A stretch of DNA of 64,000 nt from an uncultured Gammaproteobacteria bacterium (GTDB taxonomy: Bacteria > Patescibacteriota > Patescibacteriia > Magasanikbacterales > UBA922). Within the stretch, counting starts at the first letter, position 1; every line of letters starts with the position of its first letter. Below the pieces are notes generated by a model. It searched no databases, had not been told where the DNA came from, and saw only the letters and a program-made list of their open reading frames with translations. The stretch is taken from positions 49,325 to 113,324 of the forward strand of contig CAZFKS010000002.1 in assembly GCA_964519725.1 (NCBI GenBank), read 5' to 3'. Below are positions 1 through 8,104 of the stretch, piece by piece. A program made the translations under genes and the position numbers.

Positions 1-1127
1 CCAAAGTGCCAAAAACTAATTTGATTACGCAAGGTGATCCAAAAAAATCTTTGACTGGAAAATATTTGCGCAAAGAATTGACCATTGATGTGCCAACCGA
101 GCGTCGCAAAGTTGATGCCGCCACACCCAAAATTAAAATTAAAGGCGCGCGCGAACACAACCTTAAAAATATTACGGTGGAAATTCCACTCCGCCGGTTT
201 GTCTGTTTGACTGGCGTCAGTGGCTCAGGAAAATCCACGCTCATGCACAGTATTTTGCACCGCGCAGTTTCCAACAAATTAAATCATACTCGCATGGTGG
301 TTGGTGAACACGAAAGTATCACGGGCCTTGAGTATCTCGACAAAATTATTGTCATTGATCAAAGCCCAATTGGTCGTACGCCGCGCTCTAACCCAGCCAC
401 TTACACCAAAGCCTTTGATGAAATTCGAGAAATTTTTGCCGCCACTCCAGAAGCTAAAATGCGCGGGTATAAATCTGGCCGTTTCAGTTTTAATGTCCCT
501 GGCGGACGCTGTGAAAATTGTGAAGGTAAAGGTACGCTCGAAATTGAAATGCACTTTTTGCCAAGCGTGCAAATTGTGTGTGAAATCTGCAAAGGCAAGC
601 GTTTTACCAGTGAAACTTTGCAAGTGCATTATAAGGGCAAAAATATTTCTGAAGTGCTGGACATGACCATGGAAGAGGGCGAAAAGTTTTTTGAAGATAT
701 TCCGTTTGTGGCGGATAAACTCAAAATGTTAAATGAAGTGGGTTTGGCTTATCTAACCCTCGGCCAATCTGCCACTACCCTTTCTGGCGGTGAAGCGCAG
801 CGCATCAAACTTTCCAAAGAATTATCCAAGCGTGGCACTACCAAAACCCTGTATTTGCTGGATGAACCAACTACAGGTTTGCATTATGACGATGTTCGCA
901 AACTCATCCAAGTTTTGCAGCGCCTCACTGGCCAAGGTAATACAGTTATGGTCATCGAACATAACCTTGATGTCATCAAATGTGCCGACTGGCTCATTGA
1001 CCTTGGGCCCGAAGGCGGCGACAAAGGCGGTACACTTGTGGCCACTGGTACGCCAGAAGAAGTTTCAATTAAAGCCGGGAGTGCGACTGGGGAGTATTTG
1101 AAGAGGTTGCTAGACAATAGATCATAA
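1..1127 (+). CDS. uvrA: Excinuclease ABC subunit A, C-terminal part (gene begins before the window)
   Basis: [10 protein letters not shown], Walker [26 protein letters not shown], CxxC zinc finger, [21 protein letters not shown]. Confidence 0.97.
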   Translation, partial: KVPKTNLITQGDPKKSLTGKYLRKELTIDVPTERRKVDAATPKIKIKGAREHNLKNITVEIPLRRFVCLTGVSGSGKSTLMHSILHRAVSNKLNHTRMVVGEHESITGLEYLDKIIVIDQSPIGRTPRSNPATYTKAFDEIREIFAATPEAKMRGYKSGRFSFNVPGGRCENCEGKGTLEIEMHFLPSVQIVCEICKGKRFTSETLQVHYKGKNISEVLDMTMEEGEKFFEDIPFVADKLKMLNEVGLAYLTLGQSATTLSGGEAQRIKLSKELSKRGTTKTLYLLDEPTTGLHYDDVRKLIQVLQRLTGQGNTVMVIEHNLDVIKCADWLIDLGPEGGDKGGTLVATGTPEEVSIKAGSATGEYLKRLLDNRS

Positions 1128-1138
1128 ATTGTTATAAT
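1111..1138 (+). promoter_or_regulatory. sigma70-type promoter (TAGACA-16-TATAAT, extended -10) 8 nt before ATG 1147
   Basis: Consensus match read directly from sequence. Confidence 0.6.
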
Positions 1139-1146
1139 AAATTTAT

Positions 1147-2058
1147 ATGAATGAAGATGTGTTCAAATATGTAAAACAGATGGGTGATTTAAGAAAAATC
1201 CCGCAATTTTTGTTTATTCAGTCAATTGGACCTAAGGCTGTAAAAGAAGTCAGAGAAAAAATTCAAGATTTTAAAATTAAAAATTCGTCTGTAGAGGAAA
1301 TTGATTTTATTGTTCAATCTCCTGGTGGCAGTGCAGACGATGCTTATAGGATTATAAGAACTCTTCGTAGTAATTTTAAAACTGTCAATATTATAGTTCC
1401 TTTTTGGGCAAAGAGTGCTGCGACTTTATTGAGCATGGGAGGATCTGTAATTATTATGGATGAATTTGGGGAATTTGGGCCGTTAGATGTGCAAATTGCT
1501 AAAGAGATGGATGATAGACCTGATTACGAAAGAGAAAGCGCATTGATTGATGAAAATTCATTAAATAGAATTGAGACTCGCTCAAGAGAGCTTTTTCAGA
1601 AAATGTTTCTAGACCTCTATTCAAGTGATCACATACATATTAATAAAAATGAATTATCTAAACAAATACTTGACTATCTGGCAAAATTTTACCAACCGTT
1701 ATTAGGACAGATAAATCCATATAAATTAGGGGATAAGAAGAGAAAATTGGATATAGGAGAGCAATATGCCAGAAGAATACTTGATCTCTATAATCCAAAC
1801 ATACCACAAGATACGAAAAATATTTTTATTGATTTTCTTGTAAACGGGTGTCCTGATCATGGTTATGTAATTGACTACAGTGTAGTATCAAAATTTTTGC
1901 CTAATGTTAAACAGGCCTCTGAAGTTAGCCTTGATTTTGAGACAGTTCTGAACAATTTATCAAATGCTTTTATTTCTGGTAAGGAGTCTGAATTTATTGG
2001 CTTTATTGTGGATAATAAAGCCGCTGAGCCTGTTATTTCTGAAGTAAAAAATTCTTAA
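1147..2058 (+). CDS. SDH/ClpP-fold serine protease (SDH_sah-like)
   Basis: QSPGG, AKSAATLLS (catalytic Ser), GPLD and a late His (PDHGY); AT-richer than uvrA. Confidence 0.8.
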   Translation: MNEDVFKYVKQMGDLRKIPQFLFIQSIGPKAVKEVREKIQDFKIKNSSVEEIDFIVQSPGGSADDAYRIIRTLRSNFKTVNIIVPFWAKSAATLLSMGGSVIIMDEFGEFGPLDVQIAKEMDDRPDYERESALIDENSLNRIETRSRELFQKMFLDLYSSDHIHINKNELSKQILDYLAKFYQPLLGQINPYKLGDKKRKLDIGEQYARRILDLYNPNIPQDTKNIFIDFLVNGCPDHGYVIDYSVVSKFLPNVKQASEVSLDFETVLNNLSNAFISGKESEFIGFIVDNKAAEPVISEVKNS

Positions 2059-2082
2059 ATAATCTAAACCTATTTTAAATAT

Positions 2083-2265
2083 ATGGAACTTTACTCTCTA
2101 AAGAACCTTCCATCTCTAGGCTCTAACAATGAAGATATAAAAATTAGAATTTCTATATCTAAGGTCGAGCGTATGGTTGAAGAAGATCGTATTAACAGAC
2201 TCAAATCTCAACCACTTACAATAGAAGAGAGGATTATCAAGTTTTCTCCACTTTTTAGTAAATAA
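2083..2265 (+). CDS. Small hypothetical protein
   Basis: 60-aa ATG ORF in a co-directional run; no motif recognised. Confidence 0.45.
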   Translation: MELYSLKNLPSLGSNNEDIKIRISISKVERMVEEDRINRLKSQPLTIEERIIKFSPLFSK

Positions 2266-2292
2266 CTTTGCACAAGCTCTTTCACCTGGTTT

Positions 2293-2757
2293 ATGGATAT
2301 TCACATATTGAAATCTAAGTGGTACTACAGATTTTTAAAAGTAGTCTATATTGTTATATTTGTTTTTTTCCTTATTACACCAGCGACAGCTGCATTCATT
2401 GATAATTTGGATATACAAGTTTTTAATCCTAATGAATCTTTTATTGTTTGTGATGAAGTGGATAAAAAATTTATTGCTACAGATTATTCTATTGAATCAA
2501 ACTACATTTCATCGTCAGTGGATAAAAAAATAAAGCACGACTGCCGAACAGCCGCAATTGCTTCGTCTGATAATAAGTATTTCGCATATGGATATGGAGG
2601 TGCCTATACATTTCATCCCTCGTATTATATTGAAAATAATTTTTTAATTGCTGGCGGATTCGCTTTACTTTCAATAATTTGCGCGTTGGTTTCATTTGAA
2701 TTAATTAAAAGAATATTTTTTTATATAGTTACAGGTAATTTTTTACATATTAAATGA
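2293..2757 (+). CDS. Hypothetical membrane protein (2 TM, Cys pair in loop)
   Basis: N- and C-terminal hydrophobic segments. Confidence 0.65.
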   Translation: MDIHILKSKWYYRFLKVVYIVIFVFFLITPATAAFIDNLDIQVFNPNESFIVCDEVDKKFIATDYSIESNYISSSVDKKIKHDCRTAAIASSDNKYFAYGYGGAYTFHPSYYIENNFLIAGGFALLSIICALVSFELIKRIFFYIVTGNFLHIK

Positions 2758-2760
2758 ATT

Positions 2761-3291
2761 ATGTATAAATTGCTATATAGATTTGTATTCGTTACTTTAC
2801 TTTTGCTCCCTCCTATCGCCTCCGCCCATCCCGGACGCACCGATGCCTACGGCTGCCACACCTGTCGAACTAATTGCGCCAAATGGGGTTTATCGACTGG
2901 CGAATACCACTGCCATAACGCAAAAGCTTTGCCTCAACCTTTGCCGCCAGTCACCAGCCATAGCAATGGCGTGACTGAACCAGCGCCGCAATATGCCAAA
3001 CCTAAAGTTGAGCCAACGGTTACTCCGGTGCAGAAACCGATTGTAAAAACTGAAACTAAAGTAGTGCCTAAAAAAGAAGTTAAGGTTGAAAAAAAGACCG
3101 AAGTAAAACCTGTTCAGAAAGTTACGCCAAAGGCAGTAGTTAAGCCAGTGGTAAAACCAGAAAATAAAACTGTGAGCAAACCTGTTGAGAAACCAATCGT
3201 AACTTCCACACCTGCAGTTCAACCTAAGGCCCCTACTAAATCTGCGCCAGTCAAAGAAAGCTGGTGGAGTAAAATAAAAAAGTGGTTTTAA
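2761..3291 (+). CDS. Secreted YHYH-domain protein with Pro/Lys/Val/Thr-rich tail
   Basis: Signal peptide, then AHPGRTDAYGCHTCRTNC...YHCH. Confidence 0.8.
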   Translation: MYKLLYRFVFVTLLLLPPIASAHPGRTDAYGCHTCRTNCAKWGLSTGEYHCHNAKALPQPLPPVTSHSNGVTEPAPQYAKPKVEPTVTPVQKPIVKTETKVVPKKEVKVEKKTEVKPVQKVTPKAVVKPVVKPENKTVSKPVEKPIVTSTPAVQPKAPTKSAPVKESWWSKIKKWF

Positions 3292-3294
3292 AAA

Positions 3295-3327
3295 TTAAAA
3301 TCCTCGCCAAAAACGAGGATTTTTAAT
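3295..3327 (+). terminator. Intrinsic terminator (AAAATCCTCG...CGAGGATTTTT)
   Basis: Inverted repeat plus T-run right after the stop codon. Confidence 0.7.
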
Positions 3328-3420
3328 CCACAAAAGTGGATAAATGTTGTGTATAAACAGTGAATATTTTTGTTTTGGACTTCTTATTTTAAGGGATAGT
3401 TCATGTTACGATATAAATAT

Positions 3421-3534
3421 AAACAAAAAAGACCTTCCGCTAACTGTGGTATATAAACCACTGGGCCGAAAGTCTCTTAGAGAATAATCGACCAGGTTGA
3501 AGTGTATAAACTTCGGCCAATTTTCTCTGTATGT
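3421..3534 (-). ncRNA. Candidate small RNA with two tandem hairpins (loops UUAUAC / UUAUAU) ending in a U-tract
   Basis: Upstream TTGACA(3563-3558)-17-TATTTT(3540-3535); two hand-folded stems; terminal U6. Confidence 0.55.
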
Positions 3535-3564
3535 AAAATATAAAATTTTAATAGTTTTGTCAAT

Positions 3565-4077
3565 ATGAATAAGGAGGGAAACTACGCCTATATTGATGGT
3601 GCTAATTTACATAAAGGCATTATTACTTTGGGCTGGGAACTGGACTACCAGCGTTTTCGGACATGGCTTAGAGATAAACATCAAGTCGTTCAAGCGTATT
3701 TATTTCTTGGGTATATTCCAGAGTACGAAGATCGCTATCAAGCCTTGCGGGAATCGGGCTATATTTTGGTATTTAAGGAGGTAGTTAGAGATTTGGATGG
3801 ACGAGTAAAAGGAAATTGTGATGCTGACTTAGTTTTGGAGGCAACGCGGGGATTTTATGAAAATAAATACCATAAGGCCGTGATAGTTTCCAGTGATGGG
3901 GATTATGCGTGTTTGGTTAAATTTTTACTGGAAAAAGAGAAAATGAAAATACTTTTATCACCAAGCAATAAATGCTCAGTCTTGCTGTATAGGACAGGTG
4001 TCCAATTAACTTTTTTAAGTGAACTAAAGGAGAAGCTGACTAAAATAAAAAAGCCCCCGATACGGACAAAACCGTAG
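3565..4077 (+). CDS. NYN-domain (LabA/DUF88, PIN-like) ribonuclease
   Basis: AYIDGANL, KGNCDADLV, IVSSDGDYACLV acidic catalytic motifs. Confidence 0.9.
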   Translation: MNKEGNYAYIDGANLHKGIITLGWELDYQRFRTWLRDKHQVVQAYLFLGYIPEYEDRYQALRESGYILVFKEVVRDLDGRVKGNCDADLVLEATRGFYENKYHKAVIVSSDGDYACLVKFLLEKEKMKILLSPSNKCSVLLYRTGVQLTFLSELKEKLTKIKKPPIRTKP

Positions 4078-4100
4078 CAGGGTCTCTTTCGTGGTGTATG
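4044..4100 (-). ncRNA. Candidate ~55-nt hairpin RNA antisense to the NYN 3' end
   Basis: TTGACA(4134-4129)-17-TATATT(4111-4106), then CATACA..., a stem-loop and a U-tract. Confidence 0.5.
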
Positions 4101-4145
4101 AAATTAATATAAAATATTATTTAGAGTTTGTCAAGATTTTGTCTG

Positions 4146-4784
4146 TTAATTAAACCTATGAAACAAAAACGGCCCACCAAAAATAAACGCAAAAATTCCC
4201 AAAATAATATAACCCATATATTCATCACTACGAATTGGTCCGTGCCGCAAACGGTTGCTGTTGGTTAGAATTGATGAAATTAAGGCTGACACTAAAAAGA
4301 ACGTATTCCATTCCCAGATTAGCTCACCAAACAACGGACCGAATAATTTGATGACAGCCAGGGCTGGCACAATAACCAGGGGAATGGCCACCAAAACTTT
4401 TTTGGTAAATAATTCACTTATTTTTTTTAATCCAATCACATCTCCGCCATAGCCATGCTTAAACAATCCATAATAAGCCAAGGCTAGAAGCGCGCCTGAG
4501 GCTTCAATTAAAAATTGATATCCAAAAATTAGCCAAATGTTTTCAAAATTATAGAGTGCCAAAATTACTTGCACTGGTACGGCAAAGGTGGTGACTAGGG
4601 CTGCGGAAAAAGTCTCGGGGTAAGGAATAACTTCTGCCACCAAATCAAGAAACACAATTACGCCAAAAAACAAAAGAACCCACCACCAGGAAATGCCTCC
4701 AGAGGTGGCTTGTCCAAGCGCTCCCATGGCCAGAGCGGGCAGAAGTGATAGGTAAAGGAAGTAAGAAACGCGGAGAAATTTCAT
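4146..4784 (-). CDS. Hypothetical polytopic membrane protein
   Basis: About 7 hydrophobic segments. Confidence 0.7.
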   Translation of the reverse strand: MKFLRVSYFLYLSLLPALAMGALGQATSGGISWWWVLLFFGVIVFLDLVAEVIPYPETFSAALVTTFAVPVQVILALYNFENIWLIFGYQFLIEASGALLALAYYGLFKHGYGGDVIGLKKISELFTKKVLVAIPLVIVPALAVIKLFGPLFGELIWEWNTFFLVSALISSILTNSNRLRHGPIRSDEYMGYIILGIFAFIFGGPFLFHRFN

Positions 4785-4834
4785 ATTGGTTAAACTTGCG
4801 AACTAGTATATAGTATTGATATTCTAAATGCCAT

Positions 4835-5452
4835 ATGAAATTTTACCTTTCCTCTTATCGCCTTGGCGACCGCGCGGCTGAATTGCCAAAACTGTTTGGG
4901 CACAATAAGCGGATTGCAGTTATTCCCAATGCCAAAGATTATGCAGCTGAGCCAGCCAAACGTGCGGAGCGGGAAATTAGAGAAACAGACGCACTGCGTG
5001 AGCTTGGACTGGAACCGGAAATTTTAGATTTGCGCGAATTTTTTGGTTGGGCAGATTTGCTCAAGAAAAAATTAACTGATTTTGGCGGAGTGTGGGTGCT
5101 CGGCGGCAATACGTTTGTCCTGCGTCAAGCCATGTGGCTCTCGGGTTTTGATTTGGTCATACAAGATTTTAAAAATAATTTGGATTTTGTGTACGCTGGT
5201 TACAGCGCTGGTGCGTGCGTGCTGGCGCCAACATTGCGCGGTCTTGATATTGTTGATGACCCAAACGTAAAAGTTTACGGCGATTACAAAATCATCTGGG
5301 ATGGACTTAATTTAATTGAATATTCAATTGCACCGCACTATCAGTCCGATCACCCGGAATCCACTGGTGTCGAAAAAGAAGTTGCATATTTGCAACAAAA
5401 TAATTTGCCGTACAAAACTTTGCGCGATGGTGAGGTGATTATTATCCAATAA
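4835..5452 (+). CDS. Peptidase S51 / dipeptidase E family (class I GATase-like)
   Basis: VLGGNTFVL, YAGYSAGA nucleophile elbow, IAPHY. Confidence 0.88.
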   Translation: MKFYLSSYRLGDRAAELPKLFGHNKRIAVIPNAKDYAAEPAKRAEREIRETDALRELGLEPEILDLREFFGWADLLKKKLTDFGGVWVLGGNTFVLRQAMWLSGFDLVIQDFKNNLDFVYAGYSAGACVLAPTLRGLDIVDDPNVKVYGDYKIIWDGLNLIEYSIAPHYQSDHPESTGVEKEVAYLQQNNLPYKTLRDGEVIIIQ

Positions 5453-5504
5453 TTTATATAATAGTAATATACTAAATTGATTAATTGTCTCGTGGCAGTT
5501 TTTA

Positions 5505-5738
5505 AACAAAAAACCTCCCATTTTGGGAGGTTTAATTTTTTGAAGGGGCCGGAGTGATAATCACCACCGGCCATGTCCGTTCCCTTCTGCCAGGTCCACT
5601 TAATTGTGACAATTAAGGGGATTTTCCGGGGTAAATCCCCGGGAAAGGGGTTCCGGGCTGGGTAAGCCCGGTTGGCGGGGGAAAAAACGAGGAGTTTTGT
5701 TGGTAGGAGTTTCCCTGACAACTTCTCCAGGAACGAAC
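5505..5738 (-). ncRNA. Uncharacterised highly structured ncRNA (~230 nt including terminator)
   Basis: Promoter TTGACA(5772-5767)-17-TATTCT with TG extension; 11-bp closing stem; multibranch junction; terminator AAACCTCCCA/TGGGAGGTTT. Confidence 0.65.
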
Positions 5739-5903
5739 AATAGAGAATATCATATGTAGTTGTATTTGTCAAGAGTAATAAAATCATCACATTTTTAGAC
5801 AGAAGAAAACTTGGAATATAAATTTACACCCTTATGTAATTACCATAATTGATAATTATAATGGGGGTGGTGTTTTGCGGATAACACCTAACCGTTTAAC
5901 GCT

Positions 5904-6149
5904 CTAGGGCGTGAGCCCGAGCTGTTTGGCCGCTGCGTTCCAATTGGCGCGGCCTTGGGAAGTGGGATCATTTGGAATGAGCGTTTCGGTGTAAAAACGC
6001 TCCTCTCCGGCGATCCACGGTCTGATGCAGACCTGAATTGCGTCGACGCCGTACCCGCAGACCTCGAATGGTCCTTGGATCCTCACACGGCCGCCCAGGT
6101 CTTCGAGTCCGAAGCTGGGACAATGGGGAAGCGTAACGCGTTTTTCCAT
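5904..6149 (-). CDS. GC-rich orphan protein (81 aa)
   Basis: SD AGGAG 6 nt before ATG 6149; GC-rich codons; 5' and 3' hairpins. Confidence 0.65.
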   Translation of the reverse strand: MEKRVTLPHCPSFGLEDLGGRVRIQGPFEVCGYGVDAIQVCIRPWIAGEERFYTETLIPNDPTSQGRANWNAAAKQLGLTP

Positions 6150-6218
6150 GATCGTCTCCTGGTGATTGTAGACTCTGTGGAAACAAAGGCCGGTGCCTTT
6201 GTTCCCAATAAAATCCAC

Positions 6219-6334
6219 AAAATAAAAACGCCCCGTGCTTGGGGCGTTTAAAGTTTTAGAAAACAAAACTCCGCACCAAGCTATGGGGCGGTATAGAACC
6301 AGCAAACTGATGCAAATATCTGATTGTGTTTCAT
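6219..6334 (-). promoter_or_regulatory. Candidate leader-peptide attenuator (MKHNQIFASVCWFYTAP*, 6334-6281) with antiterminator and terminator
   Basis: Mutually exclusive 1:2, 2:3 and 3:4 pairings; similarity to 58315-58418. Confidence 0.6.
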
Positions 6335-6423
6335 AACAAATTCATTTAAACAAGCCATTTGTTTTCACGCAAGTATAGGTGTGGATAGTTCAAAAAAATA
6401 GCCTATTATGGTAGGATTATGTC

Positions 6424-7710
6424 ATGACTCCTAAAGAAACCCTCAAAAAATTGCCTGACCAGCCTGGCGTGTACCTGTATTACAACGCCGCCGGCGAACT
6501 GGTCTATGTGGGCAAAGCAACTTCACTCAAAAATCGGGTGAAGAGTTATTTTATTGGTAAACGAAATTCGCGGCCCATTGAACAAATGATGCATTTGGTC
6601 GCGGACATTAAGTGGCAAACTACTGATTCAGTTTTGGAAGCCGTGATTTTGGAATCAGTTTACATCAAACGATATTTGCCAATTTATAATGTCATTGGTA
6701 AGGATAATAAAAGTTGGAATTATATTACGATTGGGGTTGGGGATTATCCGCTCGTGGAAACTTTGCGCGAACATGATTTGGTTCGTCTCCAGCAACGGAC
6801 TGGTAAAACTTTGCCTCCACAATTTGCGGAAATTTTTGGGCCATATCCTGGCCTTAACATGCGCGAAGCACTGAAAATTTTGCGCCGTATTTTTGGTTTT
6901 TCTTCGTGTCAAAAAGAGAAAAAAGGAAAGCGCGATCCCAAAGGAAAACCGTGTTTTTATTATCAAATTGGACAGTGTCTGGGGGTATGCACTGGTGAAA
7001 TTACCCCCGAAGAATATAAGCGCCTGGTGATTCGTCCATTGGCCATGTTTTTGCGCGGGAACAAAAAAGATTTGGTGAAGGAAATTGAAAAAAATATGAA
7101 ACGCGCGAGTAAGGCCGAGGATTTTGAAGAAGCCACCCGCCTGCGTGATCAATTAAAATCACTCTTGCGTATTCATGACGTGGCGCTATTAAATAAAGAT
7201 TTTTTTGCTGATCCTGATTTGCCTGCACCTGGCCAAACTGGTGATTTAGTGGTGTCACGCATTGAAGGTTATGATATTTCCAATTTAGGCGCAAGTGGAA
7301 AAGTGGCCAGTATGGTGGTGTTCAACAATGCTGGGCCAATGAAATCTGAGTACCGAAAATTTCACATTAAAAGTTTCGTTGGGCAGAGTGATGTTGATTC
7401 GCTTGACGAAGTAATTCGGCGACGGTTGCGACATCCAGAGTGGACCGCTCCACAAGTGTTTTTAATTGATGGCGGGCCACCACAAGTTAATCGGGTGGTC
7501 ACTGTGCTGCACCAACTTGGTGTCACCATTCCCGTCGTTGGAATTGCCAAAGGGCCAGAACGCAAGCGGAATGATTTCTTTTTGGGAACTAAAGAGAAGA
7601 ATTTTGTACGGTGGGTGAGTGAACACCAAGAACTTTTGATCCGGGTGCGTGATGAAGCGCACCGGTTTGCCATTACCTTCCAGCGCACAACGCGTCGGTT
7701 GAAAAAATAA
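6424..7710 (+). CDS. uvrC: Excinuclease ABC subunit C (no C-terminal HhH domain)
   Basis: GIY-YIG (PGVYLY...YVGKATSLKNRV), Cys-rich region, UVR coiled coil, RIEGYDISN, LIDGG, RDEAHRFA. Confidence 0.93.
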   Translation: MTPKETLKKLPDQPGVYLYYNAAGELVYVGKATSLKNRVKSYFIGKRNSRPIEQMMHLVADIKWQTTDSVLEAVILESVYIKRYLPIYNVIGKDNKSWNYITIGVGDYPLVETLREHDLVRLQQRTGKTLPPQFAEIFGPYPGLNMREALKILRRIFGFSSCQKEKKGKRDPKGKPCFYYQIGQCLGVCTGEITPEEYKRLVIRPLAMFLRGNKKDLVKEIEKNMKRASKAEDFEEATRLRDQLKSLLRIHDVALLNKDFFADPDLPAPGQTGDLVVSRIEGYDISNLGASGKVASMVVFNNAGPMKSEYRKFHIKSFVGQSDVDSLDEVIRRRLRHPEWTAPQVFLIDGGPPQVNRVVTVLHQLGVTIPVVGIAKGPERKRNDFFLGTKEKNFVRWVSEHQELLIRVRDEAHRFAITFQRTTRRLKK

Positions 7711-7784
7711 ATTTCTACAAGGTCCACCCCCCCCGGATCTTGATTTTTTCTTGGTTTTGTGATACAAATTTTGTGGAGGTTGCC

Positions 7785-7892
7785 ATGAAACTCATCCGTT
7801 TCTTGGTGCTCATTGTTGTGTTCATCATCGTGTTCGTCAAAGCCGTGTGCTTGGGCGAAGACGTTCGGAGCGATCCGGATGACCGACCGTGA
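7785..7892 (+). CDS. 35-aa single-TM orphan peptide MKLIRFLVLIVVFIIVFVKAVCLGEDVRSDPDDRP
   Basis: SD GGAGG 5 nt before ATG; upstream TTGATT-17-TACAAA; 3' hairpin then terminator; below the ORF-track cutoff. Confidence 0.6.
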   Translation: MKLIRFLVLIVVFIIVFVKAVCLGEDVRSDPDDRP

Positions 7893-7933
7893 GTGCCCAC
7901 CCGCCGAGCAATCGGTGGGTACCCAAATTAATT

Positions 7934-7961
7934 AAAACAGCCCTAATCGGGCTGTTTTTTT
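7934..7961 (+). terminator. Intrinsic terminator AAAACAGCCC-TAATC-GGGCTGTTTTTTT
   Basis: Perfect stem plus T-run. Confidence 0.75.
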
Positions 7962-7996
7962 ATTTCTAAAATTTTCCTGAAGATTTGTTCAAAAAA

Positions 7997-8077
7997 AGTG
8001 GGGAAAAAGTGGATAAGTGGTATTGAATGAGGGTGAATGGTGGTATATAATGGTTGCAGGTGGGGAGAAGTGGGAAA
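7997..8077 (+). promoter_or_regulatory. mraZ promoter region with GTGG(G) repeats (MraZ-binding boxes)
   Basis: GTGGGGAAAAAGTGG and GTGGGGAGAAGTGGG flanking TATAAT; known autoregulatory motif upstream of mraZ. Confidence 0.7.
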
Positions 8078-8104
8078 TATGCTTGTCTTCCCAAAACCCC
8101 ATAT

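Noticed and set aside
5350-5790. 146-aa minus-strand ORF over the structured RNA
   Set aside because: It starts upstream of the promoter, runs through the terminator into the convergent gene, and has no protein-like features.
5838-5866. dif-like site (minus strand CCCCATTATAA-TTATCAA-TTATGGTAATT)
   Set aside because: The XerD-like arm matches 9/11, but the spacer is 7 bp and the other arm is poor; easily chance in AT-rich DNA.
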